Shown: in pieces, positions 35,926 through 46,497 of the stretch
Layout of the letters: the number at the start of each line of letters is the position of its first letter
Position numbering within the stretch: the first letter of the stretch is position 1
Source of the DNA: Bacteroidota bacterium
GTDB taxonomy: Bacteria; Bacteroidota; Bacteroidia; UKL13-3
Direction: 5' to 3'
Assembly (NCBI GenBank): GCA_040387195.1
Contig: JAZKEF010000011.1
Location: 102,393 to 166,392, forward strand
DNA: 64,000 nt
Made by a program: the position numbers and the translations under genes
Notes under the pieces: model-generated
The model's input: the letters and a program-made list of their open reading frames with translations, nothing else
Told to the model about the DNA's origin: nothing
Databases searched by the model: none

Positions 35926-37797
35926 ATGGCAGAAAAAGTAATTTATAACGAAGACAGTATTCGTTCGTTGGATTGGCGGGAGCATATTCGCTTACGTCCC
36001 GGTATGTACATCGGGAAGCTGGGCGATGGTTCGGCTCCGGATGATGGTATTTATGTATTGCTCAAAGAGGTAATTGATAACAGTATCGATGAACATGTGA
36101 TGGGGCATGGTAAAACCATTGATATTAAGATCACAGATAACAAAGTGTTTGTACGCGATTTCGGACGGGGTATTCCTTTGGGTAAAGTGGTGGATGTTGT
36201 ATCCAAAATTAATACCGGTGGTAAATACGATAGCAAGGCGTTCCAAAAATCAGTTGGACTGAATGGGGTAGGAACCAAGGCGGTGAATGCTTTGTCGCAC
36301 CACTTTTTTGTGCAGGCATACCGCGATGGAAAAACAGTACTTGCTGAGTTCGACAGGGGAATTTTGGTAAAGGAAAGTAAACAACAAAGCACATTAGAAC
36401 CTGATGGAACAGCCATCACCTTTGTTCCGGATGATACCATCTTTAAAAATTATCATTATATCCCTGAGTATGTAGAAAACCAGCTATGGAATTATGCTTA
36501 CCTCAATATGGGGTTAACCATAAATTATAACGACCGTAAGTTTTATTCCAAGGATGGTTTGCTGGATTTGCTTAAGCGCAAAACCAATGAAGAGCATATC
36601 CGTTACCCGATTATTCACCTCAAAGGGGAAGATATTGAAGTTGCCATAACCCATGAGAATCAATATGGTGAAGATTATTACAGCTATGTAAACGGACAAT
36701 ACACCACACAAGGAGGTACACATTTATTGGCCTTCCGTGAGGCATTTGCCAAAACCATCCGCGAGTTTTACAAACGTGAATTTGATTTGGCTGATATCCG
36801 GGCGTCTATTGTGGCTGCAGTAAGTGTGAGGGTGCAGGAACCTGTATTCGAAAGCCAGACCAAAACCAAATTGGGTTCTACCAATATGGGGCCCGATAGC
36901 CCAACCATCAAAAATTTTGTGATTGATTTTTTAAAGAAATCACTCGATGATTACCTGCACAAAAACCCTACAACTGCCGATGCATTGTTAAAACGCATCA
37001 TGCAAAGTGAACGTGAGCGTAAGGATATGGCCGGTATTAAAAAACTGGCAAATGAGCGCGCTAAAAAAGCCAGTGTACATAATAAAAAACTCCGCGACTG
37101 CCGTTTACATTATAACGAAGATGTAAAGGAAGAACGCAGGTATGAATCAACGTTATTCATCACCGAGGGAGATTCGGCAAGTGGAAGTATCACCAAAAGC
37201 CGCGATGTGCAAACACAGGCTGTATTCAGTTTGCGTGGTAAACCTTTAAACTGCTACGGACTTACCAAAAAGGTAGTATACGAAAACGAAGAGTTCAACT
37301 TACTGCAACACGCGTTAAATATTGAAGAAGGAATTGAAGGATTACGCTACAACAACATCGTAATTGCAACCGATGCCGATGTGGATGGGATGCATATCCG
37401 CTTGCTGATGCTCACCTTCTTCCTGCAGTTTTTCCCGGATCTTGTAAAGAATGGACACCTGTATATTTTGGAAACACCATTGTTCCGCGTTCGCAACAAA
37501 CAGCAAACAATATACTGCTATAGTGAAGATGAAAAACAAAAGGCAATCACAAAGCTCACAGGAAGGCCGGAGATAACCCGGTTTAAAGGATTAGGAGAGA
37601 TTTCACCCGATGAATTCGGTTTGTTTATTGGCGACAGCATCAAGTTGCAGCCCGTAATCTTAACACCGGAAACACCCATTCCCAAATTGCTGGAATATTA
37701 CATGGGTAAAAACACCATCGATCGCCAGAACTTCATCATCGAACACCTCAAGGTGGAGAAGGATATTATTGCAAAGGAAGAAGAAGAGCTAGTATAA
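35926..37797 (+). CDS. parE: Type IIA topoisomerase B subunit, most likely topoisomerase IV subunit B
   Basis: [20 protein letters not shown] ATPase, Toprim [16 protein letters not shown]. At 623 aa it is short relative to GyrB. Paired with the A-subunit gene downstream. Confidence 0.7.
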   Translation: MAEKVIYNEDSIRSLDWREHIRLRPGMYIGKLGDGSAPDDGIYVLLKEVIDNSIDEHVMGHGKTIDIKITDNKVFVRDFGRGIPLGKVVDVVSKINTGGKYDSKAFQKSVGLNGVGTKAVNALSHHFFVQAYRDGKTVLAEFDRGILVKESKQQSTLEPDGTAITFVPDDTIFKNYHYIPEYVENQLWNYAYLNMGLTINYNDRKFYSKDGLLDLLKRKTNEEHIRYPIIHLKGEDIEVAITHENQYGEDYYSYVNGQYTTQGGTHLLAFREAFAKTIREFYKREFDLADIRASIVAAVSVRVQEPVFESQTKTKLGSTNMGPDSPTIKNFVIDFLKKSLDDYLHKNPTTADALLKRIMQSERERKDMAGIKKLANERAKKASVHNKKLRDCRLHYNEDVKEERRYESTLFITEGDSASGSITKSRDVQTQAVFSLRGKPLNCYGLTKKVVYENEEFNLLQHALNIEEGIEGLRYNNIVIATDADVDGMHIRLLMLTFFLQFFPDLVKNGHLYILETPLFRVRNKQQTIYCYSEDEKQKAITKLTGRPEITRFKGLGEISPDEFGLFIGDSIKLQPVILTPETPIPKLLEYYMGKNTIDRQNFIIEHLKVEKDIIAKEEEELV

Positions 37798-37875
37798 TAA
37801 ATGAGTAAATGTGCAGATGAGTATATGTGCAGATGAAGGAGTTAAGAAATAGGAGATGAAGAAGAGGGCAGGAAA

Positions 37876-37918
37876 GGCGCCTGAGCTTCCGCAAAGCGGA
37901 ATGGGTGAAGGCGGCAGT
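37876..37918. repeat. Structured roughly 43-nt intergenic element, copy A (copy B at 53086..53125)
   Basis: ggcgcctgagcttccgcaaagcggaatgggtgaaggcggcag versus gctgcctgagcttcacgaagtgaatggccgaaggcagcgg. The inner hairpin is kept by compensatory changes. Confidence 0.5.
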
Positions 37919-38003
37919 GCAGAGGAAATGACAAAATGAGAAGATAAAACTATGATTCAGGATTAACCAATCATGATCTATGAACCATAAACTATGAACT
38001 AAA

Positions 38004-40709
38004 ATGAGTGACGAAGTAATAAATAATTTAAGTGAACATGACCATAGCATGCACAATGTAACTCCGGTTACAGGCTTGTATGAAAACTGGTTTTTGGATT
38101 ATGCATCGTATGTAATTCTGGAACGTGCTGTTCCGGCTGTGGAGGATGGATTAAAGCCAGTACAACGCAGGATCTTGCATGCCTTGAATGAAATGGATGA
38201 CGGTCGCTTTAACAAGGTGGCCAATGTTATCGGGCAAACCATGCAGTACCATCCGCACGGAGACGCGGCCATTGGTGATGCACTGGTTGGATTGGGACAA
38301 AAAGACCTGGTATTTGAAATGCAGGGTAACTGGGGTGATGTGCGCACGGGCGACTCGGCAGCAGCAGCCCGATATATTGAAGTTCGTTTATCCAAATTTG
38401 CCAAGGAGGTTGCGTTCAATGGACAAACCACCACCTGGCAGGCATCGTATGACGGACGTAAAAAAGAGCCGGTAACGTTGCCTATGAAGTTTCCATTGCT
38501 GGTTGCACAAGGAGTGGAAGGTATTGCCGTAGGGTTGGCGACTAAAATTTTACCACACAATTTTTGTGAGATTTTAAAAGCATCAATTGACACCGTTAGA
38601 AACAAGTCGGTAGAAATTTATCCTGACTTTGCAACAGGTGGAATGGTGGATGTTTCCAATTACAACCGTGGTGCCAAAGGTTCCAAAATTAGGGTGCGCG
38701 CGAAGATTGAGGAGCTTGATAAAAAGACATTGGTGATTAAGGACATTCCTTTTTCAACCACCACTACCAGTTTGATTGAATCTATACTGAAGGCCAATGA
38801 TAATGGTAAAATCAAAATCAAAAAGGTAGTTGATAATACAGCTAAGGATGTTGAAATTCAAATTCAGCTTGCTCCGGGTGTTTCACCGGATATTACCATG
38901 GATGCCCTGTATGCATTTACAGATTGCGAAATTTCCATTTCCCCGAATGCATGCGTAATTGTAGGTGACCGTCCACAATTTTTGGGAGTGGATGACCTGT
39001 TGCGGTTGTCTGTAGAGTATACACGCGAGTTGCTCAAACAGGAATTGCTCATCCGTAAAGGAGAACTTGAAGAACAATGGCATTTCAGTTCATTGGAAAA
39101 GATTTTTATTGAAAAACGAATTTACCGGGATATTGAGGAGTGTGAAACGTTTGAAGCAGTTATTGATACCATTTTTAAAGGCGTTAACAAATACCGTAAA
39201 CAATTCCGCAGAGATGTTACAGAGGATGATGTACTGAAGTTAACGGAGATTCGGATCAAGCGTATTTCAAAATACGACTCATTCAAAGCCGATGATTTGA
39301 TGGTGAAGATTGAAGCAGAGTTGGAGCAGGTTAATGCCGATTTAAATGACCTCAAACCATACCAGATTAAGTACTACGAAAACCTGTTGAAGAAATACGG
39401 TAAAGGCCGTGAGCGTAAAACGGAAATCAGGGTATTTGACACCATTCAGGCCAATCAGGTAGCTATTGCCAACCAAAAATTATATGTAAACCGTACCGAA
39501 GGATTTGTGGGGTATGGATTGAAGAAAGACGAATACGTGTGCGATTGTTCCGACATTGACGATATCATTATTTTCCGCAAGGATGGTAAGATGCAGGTAA
39601 GCAAGGTGCAGGATAAACTATTTGTGGGTAAGGATATTTTACATGTTGATGTGTTCCGTAAAAATGACGAACGCAAAGTATATAACCTCATTTACATGGA
39701 TGGCAAAACACGCGTCTCTTATGCCAAGCGTTTTAGTGTGATGGGGATCACCCGTGATAAAGAATATGATTTGACAACAGGTGCACCCAATAGCAAAGTC
39801 TTGTACTTTACAGCCAATCCAAACAGCGAAGCCGAGTTGGTTGAGATTACCTTAAGTCCGATGAGCCATGCACGTAAACTGGTGTTTGATTTCAACTTTG
39901 CAGAGCTGGCCATCAAAGGAAGAAGTGTATTGGGGAATACGGTATCCAAATATTTAATCAAAGGAGTGAAGCTGAAAGCCAAAGGTGTTTCAACCATGGG
40001 CGGACGCAAAATCTGGTATGATGATGTGTTGGGACGTTTGAATGTAGACGACCGCGGAACGTACCTCGGAGAGTTTGATACCAACGACCAAATATTGGTT
40101 GTATACAAAGATGGTAACTACGAGTTAACCGATTTTGAACTCACCAATCATTATGAAGCCGAACAAGTGGTGCTTATCAATAAGTTTAGACAGAAACGTG
40201 CCATCAGTTTGGTATACTGGAACGATAAGGACAAATACTATTTTATCAAACGTTTCCTTATCGAAACATTGACCCAGAACAAAAAATTCCTGTTGATTCC
40301 GGAAGGACCTAAGAACCGTGTGCTCATGGCCACCGATCAGGTTATTCCTGTTGCTGTTGTAGAAACAAGCACCGGAAAAGGCAAGGCTAACAATGTAGAA
40401 GAAACGATTAACCTTTCCGAAACCATTGAGGTGAAAGGGTGGAAGGCCATAGGTAATAAATTTGCAGGTAAGGAATTGGTAAGCATCAATGTGTTGCCAC
40501 CCGATCCGGAAACAGTTATTGAGGATGATGTAAAAGCAGAGATAACTGAAGAAACCAATAGCCAGATGACGTTACTCAATGAGGACATTGAAGCTTCTGA
40601 GCAAGCCCGCATCAAAAAACTATTGGAAGATGATGATGAACCTTTGGGAAAAGACAAACCCAAATTCAAACCGAAAAAACCGGACAACGAACAACCAAAA
40701 CTGTTTTAG
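38004..40709 (+). CDS. parC: Type IIA topoisomerase A subunit, most likely topoisomerase IV subunit A with a long C-terminal extension
   Basis: DGLKPVQRRIL, YHPHGD. The active-site Tyr region is diverged from the GyrA consensus. 901 aa with an acidic/basic C-terminal tail. Confidence 0.7.
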   Translation: MSDEVINNLSEHDHSMHNVTPVTGLYENWFLDYASYVILERAVPAVEDGLKPVQRRILHALNEMDDGRFNKVANVIGQTMQYHPHGDAAIGDALVGLGQKDLVFEMQGNWGDVRTGDSAAAARYIEVRLSKFAKEVAFNGQTTTWQASYDGRKKEPVTLPMKFPLLVAQGVEGIAVGLATKILPHNFCEILKASIDTVRNKSVEIYPDFATGGMVDVSNYNRGAKGSKIRVRAKIEELDKKTLVIKDIPFSTTTTSLIESILKANDNGKIKIKKVVDNTAKDVEIQIQLAPGVSPDITMDALYAFTDCEISISPNACVIVGDRPQFLGVDDLLRLSVEYTRELLKQELLIRKGELEEQWHFSSLEKIFIEKRIYRDIEECETFEAVIDTIFKGVNKYRKQFRRDVTEDDVLKLTEIRIKRISKYDSFKADDLMVKIEAELEQVNADLNDLKPYQIKYYENLLKKYGKGRERKTEIRVFDTIQANQVAIANQKLYVNRTEGFVGYGLKKDEYVCDCSDIDDIIIFRKDGKMQVSKVQDKLFVGKDILHVDVFRKNDERKVYNLIYMDGKTRVSYAKRFSVMGITRDKEYDLTTGAPNSKVLYFTANPNSEAELVEITLSPMSHARKLVFDFNFAELAIKGRSVLGNTVSKYLIKGVKLKAKGVSTMGGRKIWYDDVLGRLNVDDRGTYLGEFDTNDQILVVYKDGNYELTDFELTNHYEAEQVVLINKFRQKRAISLVYWNDKDKYYFIKRFLIETLTQNKKFLLIPEGPKNRVLMATDQVIPVAVVETSTGKGKANNVEETINLSETIEVKGWKAIGNKFAGKELVSINVLPPDPETVIEDDVKAEITEETNSQMTLLNEDIEASEQARIKKLLEDDDEPLGKDKPKFKPKKPDNEQPKLF

Positions 40710-40714
40710 TTACC

Positions 40715-40745
40715 AAAAAGCCTGAAGGAACTTCAGGCTTTTTGG
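40715..40745 (+). terminator. Rho-independent terminator after parC
   Basis: agcctgaag-gaa-cttcaggct followed by ttttt. Confidence 0.7.
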
Positions 40746-40847
40746 CTGTTGGCTATTTGCTGTTGACGAAAATGCTTGAAACATCAGTACAGAATATATA
40801 ATTAAACAATTAGGCAAACCCGTAACCCGCAATAAACAACCCGCAAC

Positions 40848-40990
40848 CTATTCCCTAACAACCTTCCCATACCAGTCACCAACCCTTAGCATGTAAATAC
40901 CCTGCGGTAATTCATCTAAATTGAGTTGCTGTGTAAGTTTGAGTTCTTGGTGCAAGATTAATTTACCCTGCAGGTTGTAAAGGTAAAGGT
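40848..40990. repeat. Near-identical roughly 130-bp copy of the 3' end of the paralog (partner at 44035..44180)
   Basis: ccataccagtcaccaacccttagcatgtaaatacc(c/t)tgcggtaattcatctaaat...gagttcttggtgcaagattaatttacc appears in both genes. Confidence 0.6.
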
Positions 40991-43886
40991 GGTTGTTTTC
41001 TGGTAACGTTTTTAATGTAATTTCAATCCATGTTGTTGCAGGATTGGGATAGACCATTATTCCAGTTGAAGTAGAAAGATCATTTATTCCGGTATTGCCT
41101 ATGTTTACATTTTGGGAAGAAGTATCTCCGCATAAGGAATCTTTAAACACAATCACACTGATTCTGCCTGAACCCATGGTGTCCCACCGGACAATCACCT
41201 CCGGGGTTTGCTGTCCGAATACAATGCTTCCTTTTTCGATCATCCAGTGATACATCAAACCTTGTTGCACCGCCACTTCATAAGTATATGCGTTGTTTTT
41301 TGTTACCGCTGAATCACCTGTAATACTACCAGAACTGATTGGAGCAGGTGTTTGCAATGTATCATTTAGTGTGAAGGTGCACCCGGCAAAATCTTTCACC
41401 GTAATCAGATGTGTTCCCGATGGAAGGTGTGTGAACAGATTTGATGAATCATACCCTCCGTTGCCAATTTTATAAGTATACGGTGTGCTCCCACCCATTA
41501 CGGTTACCTGAAGTGTGCCGTCATTCCTGGCAAAACAGGTTGGCGTGGTATGTGTGGTTGTTGCTGAAAGAGAACTAATGGCATTAAGTGTAATATTGTT
41601 TGAGAACGTACAACCGTTCGAATCCATCACTGAAAGTGAATAATTTCCGGCTCTTAAACTGTCAAAAATATTGTTGTTTGTAAAAGGCTGAAGGTTGATT
41701 TTATAAGTATGTGGAGCAATACCACCATAAGCTGTCATTGAAATTTTGCCTTCAAATGTTTGGGCACAGAAAGGTTTTACTGAAGTATATGTAAACGAAA
41801 CATCTTGTGGCTGATTAAGGTAAATGCTGTCAGTGATGGAACAATTGTTTTTATCCTTTATGGCAACTGTGTGTGTACCAGCAGATACCTGCGGAAAAAC
41901 AAATGATGTCTGAAAAGAAAGGTTGTCAAGTTTGTATTGAAAGGGTGCTGTTCCGTTATTTAAGCTGACACTGATGGTGCCATTATCGGATTGAAAACAC
42001 AGCGGTTCAGTTAGGGTAAACCTTGCAGTGAATGGAGGTGTTTCAGGAACAGCGATTGTTTTAGATAGTAAACAATCTGCTGCATCTTTAATGGTAAGTA
42101 GGTAATTTCCGGCAGGGAGTTGGCTGAACAAGGAAGATGATTGAAAAATATCATTTACGATGCTATAGCTGTAAGGGCTAATTCCTCCTAATCCTTTTAC
42201 TGAAAAGGATCCATTATCTCCTTTATGGCAAGCTGGAGCATTGACTCCAAAAACGGAATCCCTGAAGGTATATACCGGTGCAAAAAAGGAATCCATTATG
42301 AGGGTTTGAATATTGGGTTGTGAAAAAGTCAATAGCCGAACATAATATTTTCCTGCATTCATAAAGGAATAGAAAGGAGTGATGTTGTTCTTTGACAGAA
42401 AAAGAGGAACCGTATCATTCAGGTTTTTGGTAACCCGCCACTCAACTGAATCCAGCTTACTATATGGTTTTGTATTGGTATAACTGAATTGTTTTTGATT
42501 GCAGGCAGAAGTGATTTGCTGGATTTGCAATTCCGGTTTTTGCAAAACCTGAATACCAAATGTGCGTGACATTTTCCCTCTGATGGGACAACGGTTATCA
42601 TAAGCAAGTACATTGAAATAATAAGTCGAGCCATTAGCAACACTATCATCGGGTGTCCAGCAAAACTGATATTGATCTTCACGCGGACCTCCCAAAGGTA
42701 CAGGATTGAACCGGCCTGCGGAATCATAAGTTGGCGTAAAAGTAGCCCCGAGTTTGGAAAGAGCTTTGTTCCAGGAAAGAAACGTTGTATCAATTGTAGT
42801 ATCCCTGGCCGAAATGTTAAAACACAATTGCTTGCCGGCAGATGCTATCCAGTTTGTTTTGGGTTGGTTAGGTTGGATAGGGTTTATGGGATTTGTTCTT
42901 ATATCCGGTACAATATTAGATATGCAATTTCCTGTCAGGGTCATAATACATTCTCTTCGCACCGTTCCAAGTAGTTGATAGGTGCCATTTATTTTTTTCC
43001 ACTGACTACAAGCGAAAATAACCACTCCGTTAAAAGTACTTCCCGAATTGCCGGGAGTGAACATGACATCTCCTGTAACCGAATTACAACTGATACCTGA
43101 GGGAAAGGTTCCATCCGCAGCGCCCGTCCAGGGCATAGGTTTATCATAGGTAAATGGTGCTATATAGCTGGTTGTTGTGTTAAAACCAACCAACACCGGT
43201 GCGAAGGAAATCGATAGAGAGTCTGCTTCGGGGTCTTTTAATCCGTTGTTGTAAATAATAGATTCTCCACCGCAGGCTAAAAATAAGGGTTCATTTGTGA
43301 ATGCAGGTGAACTGTTGCAAGGGCTTACGGATAAGCATCTATTGATAACAGCTTCGTTATAATAATTAGAACCGGAAGCATTTGTGTTATTAATAGAACT
43401 AAAAGTTCTGCAACATTGTTCATTAACTATCCTCACATTGCAACAACCGGAAGGAATCCCTGACGTGGTGCCAATATTCACAAATCCTTTAAATTCATAA
43501 CGTTCAATTGCTGGAGTAAATGAACCTGGTGTTGTGCATCCCATATTGGGACAGGTATTTTTGGCGGAAGGACAAATAACGGAATTCATTCCGACATCCC
43601 TCACATTTTGCAAGGTAAGTATGAACGAACCATATGATGAAGTATAACATGATGGATCAGCTCCCATTAATACTAATGTTTGTGAGCATTGTGCCCCGCA
43701 TCCTCCTGAACAAGCAGGGACACCATTGCATTCCCTGTAAAAAATGTATGTTATTTCAAACAAACCGGGCGTACTGGTACAAGCATAAGTTATTTCTGTC
43801 CCAAAAAGATGTGCTGCCTTGAGTCGGTTTGGAGTGAAAGCCAACATCACAAACAGTAAGCAGCAATAGCGTAGTTCTTTTTTCAT
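40848..43886 (-). CDS. T9SS-secreted Cys-rich adhesin-like protein with SprB-type repeats
   Basis: Signal peptide. Cys-rich N-terminal domain. Repeated roughly 80-aa modules of the form C.Q.DNGTISV...GG..PY.YK (SprB repeat-like). C-terminal sorting domain LYLYNLQGKLILHQEL...GIYMLRVGDWYGKVVRE. Confidence 0.7.
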   Translation of the reverse strand: MKKELRYCCLLFVMLAFTPNRLKAAHLFGTEITYACTSTPGLFEITYIFYRECNGVPACSGGCGAQCSQTLVLMGADPSCYTSSYGSFILTLQNVRDVGMNSVICPSAKNTCPNMGCTTPGSFTPAIERYEFKGFVNIGTTSGIPSGCCNVRIVNEQCCRTFSSINNTNASGSNYYNEAVINRCLSVSPCNSSPAFTNEPLFLACGGESIIYNNGLKDPEADSLSISFAPVLVGFNTTTSYIAPFTYDKPMPWTGAADGTFPSGISCNSVTGDVMFTPGNSGSTFNGVVIFACSQWKKINGTYQLLGTVRRECIMTLTGNCISNIVPDIRTNPINPIQPNQPKTNWIASAGKQLCFNISARDTTIDTTFLSWNKALSKLGATFTPTYDSAGRFNPVPLGGPREDQYQFCWTPDDSVANGSTYYFNVLAYDNRCPIRGKMSRTFGIQVLQKPELQIQQITSACNQKQFSYTNTKPYSKLDSVEWRVTKNLNDTVPLFLSKNNITPFYSFMNAGKYYVRLLTFSQPNIQTLIMDSFFAPVYTFRDSVFGVNAPACHKGDNGSFSVKGLGGISPYSYSIVNDIFQSSSLFSQLPAGNYLLTIKDAADCLLSKTIAVPETPPFTARFTLTEPLCFQSDNGTISVSLNNGTAPFQYKLDNLSFQTSFVFPQVSAGTHTVAIKDKNNCSITDSIYLNQPQDVSFTYTSVKPFCAQTFEGKISMTAYGGIAPHTYKINLQPFTNNNIFDSLRAGNYSLSVMDSNGCTFSNNITLNAISSLSATTTHTTPTCFARNDGTLQVTVMGGSTPYTYKIGNGGYDSSNLFTHLPSGTHLITVKDFAGCTFTLNDTLQTPAPISSGSITGDSAVTKNNAYTYEVAVQQGLMYHWMIEKGSIVFGQQTPEVIVRWDTMGSGRISVIVFKDSLCGDTSSQNVNIGNTGINDLSTSTGIMVYPNPATTWIEITLKTLPENNHLYLYNLQGKLILHQELKLTQQLNLDELPQGIYMLRVGDWYGKVVRE

Positions 43887-44034
43887 AGGCTTGTTTCTAT
43901 AAACAAAGCTAGTTGCCTGCTTATACTTAACAATAGGCTTGTTATGATTAAAGGAAACTTTAAGAAATAAGAAACATTTAAATAAATAAAGCCACAGGTA
44001 TAGCTCACGGTCTTATTTTTCAAGAAGTGATTTG

Positions 44035-46413
44035 TTAATCCTTCACAACTTTTCCATACCAGTCACCAACCCTTAGCATGTAAATACCTTGCGGTAATTC
44101 ATCTAAATGAAGCTGCTGTGAATGTTTGAGTTCTTGGTGCAAGATTAATTTACCTTGTAAATCATACAGGTAAATGTATGCATGTACCGGTAATGTTTGC
44201 ACCGAAATGTTCAGCATATTTTTGGTTGGATTGGGAGCAATACTCAATCCCATCAATGATTGAATGTCCTGCAACCCAACATTGAGAATATGGATAGAAA
44301 CATCAGCAGTATCCGAACACCCTTTATCCGAAACAATTGCCCTAACGGATCCTATTCCTTTTATTGTCCATTTCACTGTAATTGTAGGCGTGCCTTGTCC
44401 GGTTAAAATCGTACCTCCTGAAACCATCCAATTGAAAACGGGAGTGGAGGGTTGGTTCACCAAAACTTGATACTGAGCACTGTCATTGACGTATTCCGAA
44501 GGATTACCGCCATGTATAACGCCATGCATGATGGTGCGTTCAGGGATTGGTATATTTACATCTTTCAGTTCTTTAATACATCCTGTGGTATTATCTTTAA
44601 TATAAACGGTATAAGAACCGGGTGCAAGGTTATAGAAAACACTATCACTCGAGAAGCTAAAATGATTGAGGGCATATGAATAGTTTTTTCCCGATGGGGT
44701 AGCGTGAATGATTCCATTGCTTAAACCGAAACAGGTTGGATGCGTTACCGAAACAAGGTCGGGGATATGATGGGTTTGTGTAATGTAAATGGAATCTTTC
44801 AGCAATAAGAATGGAGCGCATTTACCAATTGCATGAGCGGTGTCATATACTTTATATTGTATATAGTACATTCCGGTATCATTAAAAATATGCATCATAT
44901 TAGGTTTGTATGCATAGGATGTTTTTCCATATGTAAATGCCGGATCATTGGGATGAAGGGATATGTTGATCTGGCGTTCGAATGTACTTGCGGAGGGGTG
45001 TTGGTGCACCGCATGAAAGTAATACCGTCCACAACCACTGTCAGTTTTTATCAGATTCACTGTATCAGTTAATGTATAACCTTGATTTACTTTAACCGAA
45101 AATGAACGTGTAGCGGTTCCCGGATGCGGACACCGGCTGTCTTTTGCCTGCACGGTGAAATAGTATGGAATGGTACGCGCTAAACTATCATGAGGAGTCC
45201 AGCAAAATTGATACATATCTTCTCGTGGACCATGCAGCTTACGTTGAACAACATTGTAAGTAGGTAAAAATGTAGCTCCATATTTTGTCAACATTCCATT
45301 CCAGGTGAGTCGTGTAGTATCGGAAACTAAAGGAAGAATAAAATCGGTATCCAATGCCGTAATGTTAAAACATAATGGTTGTCCGGAACAAACCTCCCAA
45401 TTCGATTGCAGGGTTTTAGAATGTGAAGTAACAATACGAGGCGGACTGTTTGGAATGCAGTTAGCCAATGCTACCAACATAATTTCTCTACGGGTAGTAC
45501 CCAAAAGGGTTGGTGTAGCATGAATCATTTTCCATTGTTTGATGGCAATCGATACAATGCCATAAAAGTTTTGGCCGCCAATGTTGTTCGTGGTAAAGGA
45601 AATATCTCCGGTATTCGGGTCACAACGAATTCCATTGGGGAAAGCATCAGTAGCATTACCGGTAAATGGCATTGGTTTGGTGTATGTAAATGGAGGTAAA
45701 TAGGTTACTGTGTTATTTAAACCCTGTAAACCCGGTGCAAATTCAAACGATAGTGAATCGTAATCGGGATCGGTTACTGCATTGGTAAACATATAAGGAA
45801 CACTTGCACAAAATGCCTCAAATGCATCATTTGAAAATTCGGGAGAACTGTTGCATGGACTTACCGATAAACAACGATTGATAGTGGCTTCGGTATAAAA
45901 ATTTTGCACATTCGAACCGGTATTGATGGTGCCTGCCCGGCAACAGATTGTCCATGCCATCCTAATATTGCAACAGGCCGCAGGAATACCGGAAGTAGGA
46001 CCGAGATTTACAAATCCTTTAAATTCATAGCGTTCAATGGCCGGAGTGTATGTTCCCGGAGTAACTGTTCCCATATTGGTGCAAATGGATTTTGCACCGG
46101 GGCAATCAGGATTGGCGTTCACATCACGCACACTTTGAAGTGTTAAGGTGACCGTTCCGAATGTTGAATGCTGAAATGGAGAATCTACTCCGAACAGATT
46201 GATTGTTTGTGTGCAGTTAGTAAATGTAGAGCACATGGGGACGCCTGTGCATTCTCGCATTACGAGTAAACTGATCTCATATACTCCTGGTGTGGTGGTG
46301 CATTTATAACTAAAATCACATCCTGCAATATGATCTGCTTTCGATTGTAGGTGTGAAACAAAAAATGATACCAGTAGGCAAAGTTTGATAAATAAGGAAA
46401 GCGGACGGTTCAT
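44035..46413 (-). CDS. T9SS-secreted Cys-rich adhesin-like protein, paralog of 40848..43886
   Basis: The N-terminal Cys-rich domain aligns with its neighbour (e.g. TPAIERYEFKGFVN.G.TSGIP..CCN.R). SprB-like repeats. The C-terminal sorting domain is nearly identical to the neighbour's. Confidence 0.7.
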   Translation of the reverse strand: MNRPLSLFIKLCLLVSFFVSHLQSKADHIAGCDFSYKCTTTPGVYEISLLVMRECTGVPMCSTFTNCTQTINLFGVDSPFQHSTFGTVTLTLQSVRDVNANPDCPGAKSICTNMGTVTPGTYTPAIERYEFKGFVNLGPTSGIPAACCNIRMAWTICCRAGTINTGSNVQNFYTEATINRCLSVSPCNSSPEFSNDAFEAFCASVPYMFTNAVTDPDYDSLSFEFAPGLQGLNNTVTYLPPFTYTKPMPFTGNATDAFPNGIRCDPNTGDISFTTNNIGGQNFYGIVSIAIKQWKMIHATPTLLGTTRREIMLVALANCIPNSPPRIVTSHSKTLQSNWEVCSGQPLCFNITALDTDFILPLVSDTTRLTWNGMLTKYGATFLPTYNVVQRKLHGPREDMYQFCWTPHDSLARTIPYYFTVQAKDSRCPHPGTATRSFSVKVNQGYTLTDTVNLIKTDSGCGRYYFHAVHQHPSASTFERQINISLHPNDPAFTYGKTSYAYKPNMMHIFNDTGMYYIQYKVYDTAHAIGKCAPFLLLKDSIYITQTHHIPDLVSVTHPTCFGLSNGIIHATPSGKNYSYALNHFSFSSDSVFYNLAPGSYTVYIKDNTTGCIKELKDVNIPIPERTIMHGVIHGGNPSEYVNDSAQYQVLVNQPSTPVFNWMVSGGTILTGQGTPTITVKWTIKGIGSVRAIVSDKGCSDTADVSIHILNVGLQDIQSLMGLSIAPNPTKNMLNISVQTLPVHAYIYLYDLQGKLILHQELKHSQQLHLDELPQGIYMLRVGDWYGKVVKD

Positions 46414-46497
46414 AGGGAAGGGGATTAAGGTTTGTGGAACGAAAATAAATCAAATCCGCTTAAATTCTACTTAAAACAAATTGGGGGCCATTTGTAG

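Noticed and set aside
38099-38605. 168-aa minus-strand ORF and other antisense ORFs within parC and parE
   Set aside because: Fully embedded in well-supported topoisomerase genes. Composition bias only.
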